From positions 5,577 to 69,576 of the forward strand of contig JANQLS010000048.1 of assembly GCA_028280485.1 (NCBI GenBank): a DNA stretch of 64,000 nucleotides, given 5' to 3'. Position 1 is the stretch's first letter, and the number at the start of each line of letters is the position of its first letter. The notes beneath the pieces were generated by a model. It had not been told where the DNA came from. It ran no database searches and saw only the letters and a list, made by a program, of their open reading frames with translations. Shown piece by piece: positions 29,014 to 39,263 of this stretch. This stretch comes from Planctomycetota bacterium (GTDB taxonomy: Bacteria > Planctomycetota > UBA8108 > JACQVS01). The translations under genes and the position numbers were made by a program.

Positions 29014-30156
29014 ATGGATCCAATCAAAGCAACAATTCTGGGTCAACTTCTTTGTCGTGCATCATCGAATGCTGATCTTAATGTCATGACTCAATTAATC
29101 GATTTGGGCGCACCGCCTGGAGGTCATTTCTTCATCGAAGGGGTACCTGATCTACTGAAGGGTGAGCCGGATCAAGTTCTATCTGAATTCGAAGGCGCTG
29201 AAATCAAGATCGAAGGTGTTTCAGCCTCTGAAATATCTCACTGTTGTCAAGAAGCAGCCAATTTATCTGGATACTCACCCCAGCAAGAAGAACTCCCTCT
29301 CTTTTGTGCCATCAACTCAGGCTCTATTGAAGCGGTTGATCTCTTGATTCAATTAGGTGCAGATATTCAGGTTAAAGATGAATGTGGGTGTTCACTTATT
29401 TATGCGGCCCAAACAATTGAAATGATTGAACATTTGTGCGGTTTGGGATTCAACTTAGAAGACAGAGACCATCACGACAACACTCCACTGATGGATGCGG
29501 TTATGTGGGGGCGTATCAAACAAGCTTTCACATTCATTAAGGCCGGGGCGAATTCTAACGCTGTTGATAATGAGGGTTTTACTGTCTTTTTGAAGGCTTG
29601 TTTTTCACCTCATCCATCCTTAGAGTGCGTAAAGGCTTTAATGGATTGTGGAGTTGATCCTCATGCCGTTTCTAAGGAGGGCTTTAATGCCTTTCATTTG
29701 TCGGTAGGGTCGGTTGTCTCTTCAGATGAGTATGGTGCAAGAGAACAAGTTCTCAGATTTCTCAAAACCTTAAATGTCAGTTTAGAGCAACGCGATTTTA
29801 ATGGCCTGACTCCCTTGGGTCATGCCGTTTTATTCGAAGATTCTGAGGTTGTTCAGCTGCTTTGTGAGATGGGGGCTAATCCCAATGTTCGTTCGAGGCT
29901 ACCATTTGATAATTATTCTTTTGCGGAAGGTCAACCAGAAGAGCCCATTTTATTCGGTTGCTTTAATGGTTTTGAAAGTTCTCTAGGAAATTTAAAGCTA
30001 CTGATTCAAGCAGGTGTAGATCTTGATGTCGTCGACTCAAATGGCCGTACTGCTCTTGAATTCGTTAAACATGAATTAAACTGCGCAGAAGAAGAAGAGT
30101 TAAGTGAAGAAGAAATCGAATTTCTAAAGAACTGTCTTGAGGTTCTCACCTCGTAA
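29014..30156 (+). CDS. Ankyrin-repeat protein
   Basis: PLFCAI..G.IE.V.LLI..GAD, TPLM.AV..G, TPLGHAV...V..L...GANPN, GRTALE. Confidence 0.92.
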   Translation: MDPIKATILGQLLCRASSNADLNVMTQLIDLGAPPGGHFFIEGVPDLLKGEPDQVLSEFEGAEIKIEGVSASEISHCCQEAANLSGYSPQQEELPLFCAINSGSIEAVDLLIQLGADIQVKDECGCSLIYAAQTIEMIEHLCGLGFNLEDRDHHDNTPLMDAVMWGRIKQAFTFIKAGANSNAVDNEGFTVFLKACFSPHPSLECVKALMDCGVDPHAVSKEGFNAFHLSVGSVVSSDEYGAREQVLRFLKTLNVSLEQRDFNGLTPLGHAVLFEDSEVVQLLCEMGANPNVRSRLPFDNYSFAEGQPEEPILFGCFNGFESSLGNLKLLIQAGVDLDVVDSNGRTALEFVKHELNCAEEEELSEEEIEFLKNCLEVLTS

Positions 30157-30180
30157 AGGAATTTTGATCGCACCTTCAGC

Positions 30181-30477
30181 TCAATCAGGGTCTCTATTAT
30201 TTGCTACGTGCTTGAGAACAGATCCAATAATAAATCCGCAGAAGTAGGGAAAGAGAAGAATTAGTAACAAAGTAATGCTTAAATATCCAACAGGTTTTGT
30301 GCAATTATAAAACACGAAACCAAAGCTCCCAATCAAGAGTGAGGAAATTAAATAAGGCCCCCAAAGCCATCGAGAAATTAATAGACCAACCAAACTAAAA
30401 AATAAGGCAAGGAGAGGAATCACTGATATTGTGATCAACTCAGAGGTGCTAAGAGAATGATATGTGGCTAACAACAA
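30181..30477 (-). CDS. Small three-TM protein
   Basis: Three hydrophobic helices. Fills the gap between flanking genes. Confidence 0.6.
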   Translation of the reverse strand: MLLATYHSLSTSELITISVIPLLALFFSLVGLLISRWLWGPYLISSLLIGSFGFVFYNCTKPVGYLSITLLLILLFPYFCGFIIGSVLKHVANNRDPD

Positions 30478-30603
30478 AATGCCTTAAAATTAGATTTAGG
30501 AATGTAATTTGTTACTCGTTCCAAAATATAGGGATTGATTCTTTAGAACCGTAATCAATTGGGTTCCTTAACCTTATTTCTTAAAAACAAAAGAGAGATC
30601 CTC

Positions 30604-31137
30604 ATGATCCGGAAGCCATCATTATGGTTTTTCCTTATATCTATTTACTTAGTTTTACCTTCCTGCTCCAGCGAGAATGAATCATCCCCACAAATGAGTA
30701 AACGTGTCGTTGAATTAATGGGCGGTAGCTCTCAGGTTGAGATTATCAAAAAAACTGGAACGGCATTCGCTTATCGTATTCAAATGAATCCAAAGCTTGA
30801 ATATGGAGAAGAAATTATCGGTGAAGGAGTCCAGCTTACACCGGAACAACAACAAGGCCTTGTCGGGCTTCTCGTTCGGGATGATGCTTACGGATGGGAA
30901 TTTGCTAAGCCATGTAAGCCAAGGTACGGTGTGTTAATAAAATTTGAAGACGAAGCTAAGTCAGTGAGATTACGCTTTTGCTTTTCCTGCCAAATGTTGG
31001 AATTCATGCCGAGTGAAAAAGGATCGGAAGATTTTGACCCGATCAATGGGGAGCTCGTTCAATGGGTAAAAGGCGTGTTTCCAAATGATACGGAGATCCA
31101 AAGTTTAGGTACTCCTAATGAGGTGCATGGTTTGTAA
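30604..31137 (+). CDS. CxxC-containing lipoprotein (paralog of 32499-33083)
   Basis: LPSC lipobox. KPCKPRYGV..F...RFCFSC...DF.....L......FP.D. Confidence 0.8.
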   Translation: MIRKPSLWFFLISIYLVLPSCSSENESSPQMSKRVVELMGGSSQVEIIKKTGTAFAYRIQMNPKLEYGEEIIGEGVQLTPEQQQGLVGLLVRDDAYGWEFAKPCKPRYGVLIKFEDEAKSVRLRFCFSCQMLEFMPSEKGSEDFDPINGELVQWVKGVFPNDTEIQSLGTPNEVHGL

Positions 31138-31171
31138 AATTCACATTTGAAATTTAAATTGTGAGGTGTTC

Positions 31172-31960
31172 GTGGGTAAAAAAATAATGATTCTCTGTGG
31201 TGTTGTATGCGTGATCCTTGTTGCCACTTCAGTTCCATCGATCATTCAGCACTACCGGATTAAAGAATTTGTTAAAGATCTAAAATCTGAAGATATAGAA
31301 ATCCAAAGGAAAGCTATAAATGCTCTGGCTGGGTATGGAGCTGAAGTGGTTCCGAGACTAATACTGGAAATCGAACAGTTACCTGCTCTTGAAAATCGCG
31401 AACCGTGGAATTTCATTCTATTGAGCAATTTTAAGAGCAATAGAATATTTGAATACAATTTGATTAGAACTTTTTTGAAAATTGGAGAATCCTCGATACC
31501 CTTATTGATCAGTCGACTTTCAAATAAAGATCTTCGATTTGAATCCTTCGTCATCTGTGTGATCGTATTTTTCTATTCTGATTCAGCTCAATTGTTAGAA
31601 GAAATTGAGAAGCCTTGGGTAAGAAAAACTGTAAGTGATGGTGTTGGATCTACCGGTGAAATACCTAGATCATCTTTTTGTACTACCATCGAAATTTATA
31701 AATCAAAAATGAAAATATATAGAGAGGGGATAATAACCGATCGAGGTCGACGCTATGAACTAAGACTGATACCAAGTATTGTTCATCTTCTGAAAAACTT
31801 ATCAAAGCAAAAATCAGATCCAGGACTCCAATCCTACTGCCGGAGAATTATATTGGGGAACATCAGTAGGACCGAAAGGAGTGTACCATCAGAAAGTGTT
31901 TTGATAGAGATTGAAAATGTATTGCCAAATCTCAAAGTTAAGCCATTGAGAGCATTTTAA
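31172..31960 (+). CDS. Membrane-anchored HEAT-like protein, MGKK family copy 1
   Basis: GKK-TM-YRI...V.DL.S.D...Q.KAI..LA.YG.EV.PRL...IRTFLKIGESSIP.L..RL. Paralogous to 39264 and 56982. Confidence 0.85.
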   Translation: MGKKIMILCGVVCVILVATSVPSIIQHYRIKEFVKDLKSEDIEIQRKAINALAGYGAEVVPRLILEIEQLPALENREPWNFILLSNFKSNRIFEYNLIRTFLKIGESSIPLLISRLSNKDLRFESFVICVIVFFYSDSAQLLEEIEKPWVRKTVSDGVGSTGEIPRSSFCTTIEIYKSKMKIYREGIITDRGRRYELRLIPSIVHLLKNLSKQKSDPGLQSYCRRIILGNISRTERSVPSESVLIEIENVLPNLKVKPLRAF

Positions 31961-32095
31961 GATCAAGCATTTCGATTCTTTCCTCGTAAATTTTTGAATT
32001 TAAAATTGTACACCTACTTACACTTAAATTCAGTTGGAAATGAATTTTTGAAATAAGAAACAATGGAGATAAAATGATGAAAAGAATGAAGAAAG

Positions 32096-32506
32096 ATGTT
32101 CACTAAAACAATAAATCCAAAAGTAACATTTATCTTCACGGGATTTATCTTGTTGAACCTTCTCCTATGGTTAGTTTTTCAATCTCAATCCTTACCTGAT
32201 AAAGGTAGAATGCTTTTTCCAGGAATGGGCCGCCGTTCGGTAAAGTTTATTTTAGGAGGCCCTGTTTTTGAGAGCGACCATATGATGTTTTGGAGTGGTG
32301 AACAGGGAAAACTCATCCAAGATCTTTCAGATGTGAATATGACTCAGGGATTCATCTTGTTTTTTAAAGACGGCGAGTTAGTAAAACCAAGGCTATTTAA
32401 AACAACTCAAGTTGGGGTGTGGGAAGCTTATTGCATTGTGTTTGATGTCAGCTTAAAGGATTCTGAGATTGCATTAGGCGAAAGATCTGAGATGTTCAAT
32501 GAGTGA
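32096..32506 (+). CDS. Membrane-anchored hypothetical protein (BamE/SmpA-like GM....V..ILG.P motif)
   Basis: TM helix, then LFPGMGRRSVKFILGGP...L.FKDGELV. Confidence 0.65.
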   Translation: MFTKTINPKVTFIFTGFILLNLLLWLVFQSQSLPDKGRMLFPGMGRRSVKFILGGPVFESDHMMFWSGEQGKLIQDLSDVNMTQGFILFFKDGELVKPRLFKTTQVGVWEAYCIVFDVSLKDSEIALGERSEMFNE

Positions 32507-33083
32507 GTTTAAAAAGACTTTTCTAAGTATTATGGCAATTGGATTCATCCTAATTTTTTCTGGCTGTAAAAGCGTGGATCCAAACTTGCCTTTATTACTC
32601 GATTTTCTTGGAAATAGTTCTGAGATTTATTTCGAGCCCGATTCAATATCAGCTGAACGTGTAACGGCTTCACCAGAAGGACTAAAAACGCTGCAAGATG
32701 TGGGATCCATTACCAGAACTCAAGAATCTCGCTTATTAGATATTATTTCAGAAGTAAATTCCTATACCAATCTCACATTAATTGTTGAAGCCATGGGAAC
32801 TGAAGATGAGCCTGCACAAGTTTATAAGTTTTGTAGTTTCCAACCTGGAGTAAGGTTTCGTTTTTGGCGCGACGACCAATATAGAGATCTTATTATTTGT
32901 CTTATATGCAGTGAATGGCGATTTCATACTACAGTAGATTCCGATACAAACTATGCGATGGACTACTTCGGCTCGGCCTATTCAGAATTGGCTTACTTAA
33001 TAATAGATATTTTCCCTCATGATCAGGCGTTACGCTTGGTTATTGAGAAGGAACTTGGTGAGATTCCGGAGACGATCCAATAA
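32499..33083 (+). CDS. CxxC-containing lipoprotein (paralog of 30604-31137)
   Basis: FSGC lipobox. KFCSFQPGVRFRF...LIICLIC...DYF....EL..L...IFP.D. Confidence 0.8.
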   Translation: MSEFKKTFLSIMAIGFILIFSGCKSVDPNLPLLLDFLGNSSEIYFEPDSISAERVTASPEGLKTLQDVGSITRTQESRLLDIISEVNSYTNLTLIVEAMGTEDEPAQVYKFCSFQPGVRFRFWRDDQYRDLIICLICSEWRFHTTVDSDTNYAMDYFGSAYSELAYLIIDIFPHDQALRLVIEKELGEIPETIQ

Positions 33084-33100
33084 AGGGGTAAAAAATCCAA

Positions 33101-33862
33101 ATGAATAATCGTCAACAAATGGAGGCTCTTCTAAAACCTCTGTTATTACCTACAGTTGAAATGACTTACTCTCCAGATAAAGATCTTTCAGCAGTGGAGG
33201 CAAGCGTAAGCTCATACTTCGGTGGGCGGCCATATATTGAAGATGGTGAATCTTGGCCTGAATGTAAAGAATGCCATCAGGCTATGGAATTTGTCTTTCA
33301 AATGAATTTACAAGAATTACCTCAACCGATTTCAAAAGAACTACAAAATTTTGAGTTCGATTTGTTTGCATTTTACGTTTGTCGTGCTTGTGAGTATTGG
33401 CCTCCTTTTTATGAATTAAGAACTTATCGCTCAGATTCTAAGAAAATTTCTAAATTAACGACTCGTCCAAGGCTGTTTCCACGATTTAACATCGAGATGA
33501 AATCCAAGCTTTCTCTTCCAGATTGGGATGGTATTGATGAGTTGTCCGATGAGATTCCGTCACTTAGTGAGGAGTCGAACTCGGAGGAACCATGGGAACT
33601 CTTTGAGGTATGCTCTGAAAGATTAGTTCAGCAATCCGACCCACCTGAAAATTGGTTTGGAGTTGTTGGAGGATATCCAAATTGGATCCAGGGAGACGAG
33701 ACGCCGATATGTAATAAATGCGGAAAATCGATGAAGTTATTTTTTGAATTGGGGAATGTTGAAGAAGCGAACTTAACTTGGATGGATTTTTTGAGCGCTA
33801 TTTACCTTTTTTATTGCCCTGAACATTTTGAAGAGCAAGAGCTCGTTCTTCAATCTACTTAG
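33101..33862 (+). CDS. YwqG/DUF1963-family protein
   Basis: SYFGGRPY...WPEC..C...M.FVFQ.NL..LP and VGGYPNWIQGDETP.C..C...M.L...YLFYC..H....L.LQST. Confidence 0.88.
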   Translation: MNNRQQMEALLKPLLLPTVEMTYSPDKDLSAVEASVSSYFGGRPYIEDGESWPECKECHQAMEFVFQMNLQELPQPISKELQNFEFDLFAFYVCRACEYWPPFYELRTYRSDSKKISKLTTRPRLFPRFNIEMKSKLSLPDWDGIDELSDEIPSLSEESNSEEPWELFEVCSERLVQQSDPPENWFGVVGGYPNWIQGDETPICNKCGKSMKLFFELGNVEEANLTWMDFLSAIYLFYCPEHFEEQELVLQST

Positions 33863-33894
33863 TAATAATTTTACATGGTGGAGATTTTAAGAAT

Positions 33895-34749
33895 TCAGTC
33901 CAACTTCAATTTAGCGAGACGAGCACTGACTCTCTCTATATTTTCTTTGTAGGAACACTCAGATACTTGATCTGTTTTCCCCAAAAGCTTTTTCAATTTC
34001 CCTAAAGTGACCTGAAGTTCCATCTTCTTTCTCTTATATTTAAACCAAAGCAATTGCTTTAACTTTTGTTGGCTATCGTTCATTAATTTTAATTGTTCAT
34101 CCCAACTAAGCTGAGTTGTGGAATCAGGACGAAATCCACACTTGAATCCTCCTCCTCCCCAAGAAGTCATTGGGTCCTGAATCCTTTTAGATCGAATCTT
34201 ATATTTATGATCAAATAGGGCAATTTTGATGATCTCTGGATGGTCTTTCAGTTTACGCAAAATGGGGAAGCTTTTAATATCTTTCAAAATGAAGCGCCCA
34301 TTGAGTGAGGCTTCTTTGAGTTGTTCGATTGCCTTCTGCTCTTTCCCGAGGGCTAAGGAAGATTCTGCTCTTAAAGTGTGTGACAAGGGTTTTAGATCGG
34401 GATGTTTTGTGCTTGTTTTGAAGAATCTTAAAGCTTCGTTGTGGTTTTCTTTTTTTCTTAGGTTTAATCCGAGAGCGAAATGGTATTCCTGGTTATAAGG
34501 ATCGATTTCTATAAGTTGGGACAATCCGCTGATTGTACTTTTGTTGTTCTTACTATGAAAAGTTTTAATCGTGAGAGCTTCTAATTTCTCGATCGTTTTT
34601 TGGCGATTCGTTTTCCACTCTGATGATGCATGGGGGAAATATCTTATGAGGGCAATCGAAATGGCATCATGGGAGTAAATGATTAGAGTTAAGAAGGTGA
34701 TGACTCCAATAGAGAGAATGCTAAAGAGGAACGTTTTCTGCTTTTTCAT
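33895..34749 (-). CDS. Membrane-anchored TPR protein
   Basis: Basic N-terminus plus TM. IDPYNQEYHFALG...EAL..F...A...LALGK...AIEQLKEA. Confidence 0.8.
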   Translation of the reverse strand: MKKQKTFLFSILSIGVITFLTLIIYSHDAISIALIRYFPHASSEWKTNRQKTIEKLEALTIKTFHSKNNKSTISGLSQLIEIDPYNQEYHFALGLNLRKKENHNEALRFFKTSTKHPDLKPLSHTLRAESSLALGKEQKAIEQLKEASLNGRFILKDIKSFPILRKLKDHPEIIKIALFDHKYKIRSKRIQDPMTSWGGGGFKCGFRPDSTTQLSWDEQLKLMNDSQQKLKQLLWFKYKRKKMELQVTLGKLKKLLGKTDQVSECSYKENIERVSARLAKLKLD

Positions 34750-34924
34750 GCGAATATAGGGGAGTGAGGGATGATTATTAGTTTATAGAAATTATCGGTT
34801 CCGTTTAATATAAGGCTTTAGATTTTAGATCTTAAATAAGGGATACCTTTTACGGTTGGCATTCTTATCGCTACTTTATCGGTTAAATAATCGTAAAAGC
34901 ATCTACTTGGGAAGGCTAAAAGTT

Positions 34925-35854
34925 ATGGGCAAGAATGATCCTATCATTGAAATAAAAGAGAAAGGTAATTCCTTAATCCAGCAGAGCGATCTTGTTAAAC
35001 CACCTCTAACAGTATGTATTGTGGGTGTCATGTTTATTTTCACTGGGGCTTCTTCCGTCTCTGGTTTGGTCATGGATATTCTGAACGGAAAGGTTCTTCT
35101 CAATTTAGGCATACTTGGATTGTTTCTTGGTTATGGCATCTTGAAGGGGAGTGATAGAGCTCGCTCCATCTCACTTGTCGTTTCAGTTGTCACCCTGATT
35201 ATAGTTGTTGCTGTATCCGGCTTGGGGATTTACTTGATGACGGTATCAGAATTAGAAATATCTTTATTTGATCAAATTACAATTTACCTTTTTGCTCTTT
35301 ATGGAATAGTTCTGTGCCTTTTTTCGTTTTGGGCAATCAAAAGGGAAGCTTCAGCAAACTGGTTTAAATCAACGAATCAAGGAATTTGGAGTCTCAAGAA
35401 CTGGGTTTGGGCTATTTCAATTGTTGTTGGTTTTTCCACGCTAGCTGATGTTTTTGGGGCTTGGAGAAACCAAAAAATCTTAAATTCAATCTACCACTTT
35501 AAATCAGAAATAATTCTCGTTGACTCCATTACAAATGAACCCTTACCAGCAGAAACCTATGTTTGGCCAATGGAATATAGGGAGGGATTTCAATTTTTCA
35601 TTAAAGGATATGAACAGTTTTCGAAAGCAAAATACTCAAGTTCGACTTTTACGTCAGACGGAACGGTCTATCATTATTCCGGGTTAGTAACACAGCCAGT
35701 AAGAATCACTTTGAGAGCAAATGGGTATGAACTTAAATCATTCTATGTCGGTAAAGAGGCTGAAGAAAAGCTCAGAATTTCAATGATAAAAATACCAACT
35801 CCACCTAAGCCATTTGTTGGTCCTGAGAAGCCTGTTGGTAAAAATTCTAAGTGA
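34925..35854 (+). CDS. Multi-TM membrane protein with C-terminal extracytoplasmic domain
   Basis: About five TM helices, then a D..T.EPL...I.L.A.GY Ig-like tail. Start uncertain (34856/34925). Confidence 0.8.
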   Translation: MGKNDPIIEIKEKGNSLIQQSDLVKPPLTVCIVGVMFIFTGASSVSGLVMDILNGKVLLNLGILGLFLGYGILKGSDRARSISLVVSVVTLIIVVAVSGLGIYLMTVSELEISLFDQITIYLFALYGIVLCLFSFWAIKREASANWFKSTNQGIWSLKNWVWAISIVVGFSTLADVFGAWRNQKILNSIYHFKSEIILVDSITNEPLPAETYVWPMEYREGFQFFIKGYEQFSKAKYSSSTFTSDGTVYHYSGLVTQPVRITLRANGYELKSFYVGKEAEEKLRISMIKIPTPPKPFVGPEKPVGKNSK

Positions 35855-36007
35855 ATGATCGTTGAGGGAGCAGAAAGTTATCCCTTCAGCAAGCTTTTAT
35901 CTTCGATTAATCCTAGTTGAGAAGATCTCGGAAATGGCACTCTTCTTTGGAAAAGTGGATTCGTCTTTGAACTAGGCTTTGCCCCGTGTCAGAATTTCTG
36001 TCATTGA

Positions 36008-36673
36008 CTATATGAGTTCCTCTCCCCAAACAAATATTCCTGCAAGGGCACCGAGCTGAAAATTGGCTAAACTTTTAGTTGGGAAATATTTCTTTGAGTC
36101 CCTAGCAGTATTGAACAATACACAAATGGATATAGCTTTCTGTGAATCAGTGCCACTTTCCAAGTATGTATCCAAAAGCTTCCGAGTTTTTTCTGGGAAA
36201 TGCTCAAATAATGATCGAAGAACATGAATGTAGAGCTTGGGCTTAAATCGATTTGCGTTTTTCTTGATTTCTTGAAGATCAGGTCCAAATCCATGCTTCA
36301 AATTATAATATTTAGCTGATTCTAAACTGAACACCCAGGGAACATAAATATCTAAACGGGATTCATATTTAGGTTCATTCCTCCTAAAAAGGATTTTTTC
36401 TCCAATATACCAATCACGGTTTTCTTCCTCCAGTTTAGTTGAAAGAATATCTATGATCATTGGGATCGCTTCAGTGATACCTAAGTTTTCGATATTTTTG
36501 AGGTAGGGGGCGCAATCTTCAGATTCACAAACTTTAAGATTCCAGATGAGGTATTTTTTGTGAATGGATTCCCATGAAATAAAAACAGAGATACCTATAG
36601 TTAGGATTAGATTCGCAATTATTATTTTAAAGAACAGCTTGTTCTTAAAATTCAAAATGGCACCTTTTTCCAT
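36008..36673 (-). CDS. Membrane-anchored protein, YWIWKL family
   Basis: TM, IHKKYLIWNLKVC...DC, C-terminal KAISICVLF. Paralogous to 41565, 53014 and 55598. Confidence 0.8.
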   Translation of the reverse strand: MEKGAILNFKNKLFFKIIIANLILTIGISVFISWESIHKKYLIWNLKVCESEDCAPYLKNIENLGITEAIPMIIDILSTKLEEENRDWYIGEKILFRRNEPKYESRLDIYVPWVFSLESAKYYNLKHGFGPDLQEIKKNANRFKPKLYIHVLRSLFEHFPEKTRKLLDTYLESGTDSQKAISICVLFNTARDSKKYFPTKSLANFQLGALAGIFVWGEELI

Positions 36674-36733
36674 TCCAGATGAACTTAAAGCAATTTTAGG
36701 AAGTGCAGATTAATATGGAATCCATCGAAAACT

Positions 36734-36800
36734 TTATAGTTTTGAGCTCTTTTAAGAATTGTAATGAAATAAAGTCACTAATTGGTCATGGAGGAAAAGA
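36734..36800 (+). repeat. ~68-bp intergenic motif, copy 2
   Basis: Aligns with 17857-17924. Confidence 0.7.
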
Positions 36801-36871
36801 TTTTTGATTTTGTAAAAATTGTTTTCAGTAGTTGGCGCTCATTATGTTAGGCCTTCATATTTGTTAAACTC

Positions 36872-37837
36872 ATGAATCCACCCAAAAAACGATTCATCCT
36901 ATTTACATTAATCATATTTATTAATCTACTCAGTGTGGTCTGTCTCAACTGGGATGGACTCCTGCGCGAGTATCGCTTCTGGCAGGACTTTGATTTTATT
37001 GAAGTGAATGAACAGGGTTACAAAGAATATATGCACCTTAAGAGTGGGGTCGTAATGGTTCTACTGCCCGGTGGGGAGTTCTTGATGGGGTCGCCCGAGG
37101 ATGAGGTCGATAGAAGAGAAGACGAGTTTCTTCATAGGGTTAGGGTTTCGCCTTTTCTAATTGCGAAATATGAAGTTTCTCAGTCGGTATGGGAGAAGGT
37201 TATAGGGACCCACTCCTCTGTTCGTTTAGGGAGTTCTCTCCCAGTGGAAGTGTCTTGGGATGATTGCTATGGAAGCAACAATTCATTTTGTAAACAGCTT
37301 GGCTTGCATTTACCAACCGAAGCACAATGGGAATACTCTTGCAGAGCTGGTTCCTCAACCAAGTTTTCTTTTGGTGAAAAGCTTAATGTCAAAGATGTGA
37401 ATTTTTCATTACCAATAATTCTATTAGACAGTTCCGATGGTAAAGTAGATCAGACTGAATCCAAAATGGATTACAACGATCGGGGTCACCTAGTTGATGT
37501 GACTTCCTTAAAAGCGAATTCCTTTGGTTTGCACAATGTTCATGGCAATGTATTAGAGTGGTGTGAAGATGTTTATAACGAAAAATATTATTTAAATGAA
37601 AATGCTAAAAATGGTGATCTTGCATCCCTGTCTGGATCAATTTATAGAGTTTTACGTGGGGGGAGATACAACCAAACCGAAAGATTTTGTCGTTCGGCAA
37701 TGCGTTTTTTTCAACGGGGAGATTCGGAGATGTCTCCCGGGCCAGAGTACTTTGGGCAATCAACTGGAGGAGTTAGTTTTGGACAATTTCATGGCCATGG
37801 CTTTCGGCCCGTCTATAACCTCACCCTCTCACGGTAA
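36872..37837 (+). CDS. Membrane-anchored FGE-sulfatase (CLec-fold) domain protein
   Basis: MVLLPGGEFLMGS, KYEVSQ..W, LPTEAQWEYSCRAG, N.FGL.NVHGNV.EWC, RVLRGG...RSA.R...GFRPV. Confidence 0.92.
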   Translation: MNPPKKRFILFTLIIFINLLSVVCLNWDGLLREYRFWQDFDFIEVNEQGYKEYMHLKSGVVMVLLPGGEFLMGSPEDEVDRREDEFLHRVRVSPFLIAKYEVSQSVWEKVIGTHSSVRLGSSLPVEVSWDDCYGSNNSFCKQLGLHLPTEAQWEYSCRAGSSTKFSFGEKLNVKDVNFSLPIILLDSSDGKVDQTESKMDYNDRGHLVDVTSLKANSFGLHNVHGNVLEWCEDVYNEKYYLNENAKNGDLASLSGSIYRVLRGGRYNQTERFCRSAMRFFQRGDSEMSPGPEYFGQSTGGVSFGQFHGHGFRPVYNLTLSR

Positions 37838-37847
37838 AAGTCGCCTA

Positions 37848-38414
37848 CTATTTTTCACTTAGGATTTCAGATTCCGATAGATTTATACCTTTAGTGAGTT
37901 CTAAAACCACGGATAGAGTTCTTTCAGATGAATCTCCCGCTACGGAACTGGGTTCTTTATTATTCAATAATTCGGCTAAATAGTATTTATCATTCTCAAA
38001 CTGAAGGGGCCCAGAGGTGCTCCAGCTCCAATTGCCGTTACTGTTGACTTTTAGCTGGTAGTTCGTCGAGATCATTCCGTTTCTTAATTTCCCTTCGATT
38101 TGATTGCTCGTCTTATTAATTGTTACAAACGCATATCGATTGTTGGAATGTAAACCCATTGGCTTTTTACTCATTATTTGCCCTGCTTTAGCTATGAATT
38201 CGTGATTAGAGGTATAGACGGCGATTCTTAATCCATTAACGTTTTCATGGCCGTGTAGGTCTATCTTGAAAACCATCGAATCGGATGCCCAGGCCATGTC
38301 ATCTTGCGTGAAGTAGTAACTCTCAATTTCTTTTTCCGTATACCATTTATAAACAAAGAAGGAACTGAACAATAAAATTATGATGACCCAAGGAAAGATA
38401 TAAAAACGTTTCAT
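37848..38414 (-). CDS. Membrane-anchored hypothetical protein
   Basis: 188 aa with N-terminal TM. Confidence 0.75.
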   Translation of the reverse strand: MKRFYIFPWVIIILLFSSFFVYKWYTEKEIESYYFTQDDMAWASDSMVFKIDLHGHENVNGLRIAVYTSNHEFIAKAGQIMSKKPMGLHSNNRYAFVTINKTSNQIEGKLRNGMISTNYQLKVNSNGNWSWSTSGPLQFENDKYYLAELLNNKEPSSVAGDSSERTLSVVLELTKGINLSESEILSEK

Positions 38415-38573
38415 TTTGACTGTCCCAGAAAGATGATTAGAGAGTTACTTAAATAAATATAGTCGATTCCTTGGCCAATTGCTCGGTTCAATTCATCTTA
38501 TCCCAGTTTTGCGTAAGCCGACATCGTTGTGATGTTTCGAAACTTGTTAAGGGCATCCTTGTTCAACAGCATT

Positions 38574-38840
38574 CTAGTTTTGTCGGCTCTGGGGATCTCC
38601 TTTAAAACACCGAGAATCGATAAGTTTGGCTATTTGGGGGCTAAATTTAAAGAGGAGTATGGCTAAAAGAATTTGAATTAGGAGAGTGAACAGGGATCCC
38701 AATGTCATCCCAGGGATGGGTCGCATGGCCCTTAAAACCGCAATAACATTTGGAATCGCTGTCATAGATTGAACAGTAAGAATAATGGCATAAAAAGCTA
38801 AAGCTGCATTCAGTAGGGATCGAGTGCATAGATTTTTCAT
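38574..38840 (-). CDS. Small two-TM protein
   Basis: GGGAG RBS. Two hydrophobic helices ending LL.K.S..IA.LI. Confidence 0.7.
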   Translation of the reverse strand: MKNLCTRSLLNAALAFYAIILTVQSMTAIPNVIAVLRAMRPIPGMTLGSLFTLLIQILLAILLFKFSPQIAKLIDSRCFKGDPQSRQN

Positions 38841-39263
38841 GGAAGCTCCCAGGTTACTATTGCTTTGAGTGAGGATTTGAAACAGATGACTTTTACTGCC
38901 TAAGGATAAGTCGGGATTGAATGAAGAGATTACACTAATTATTGAATAATAGAACTGTGATTAACTATGTTGTCATATTTTGGCTGTAAAATAGTAACAT
39001 TATGATGTGCGCTCTAAAAAATTGTTTAACAAATAGATACAATTCCAAATAGGCAAGTAAAGATTCCATGCTCTGTACTAGTAGGACTGTAAGATGCAAC
39101 CGTGGATACTTTGTTTTCCTTTCTCCAACCATGGAAAGGGATTTTTGGATTGACTTACAAAAGTTTCATCATCCGGACATAGCAATTTAAATGGTGGGGA
39201 AAAAGCGGTGCTGTTTGCCTCGCAGCTAAAAATCAATAGCATAAATTCAATACGAGGAAAGAA

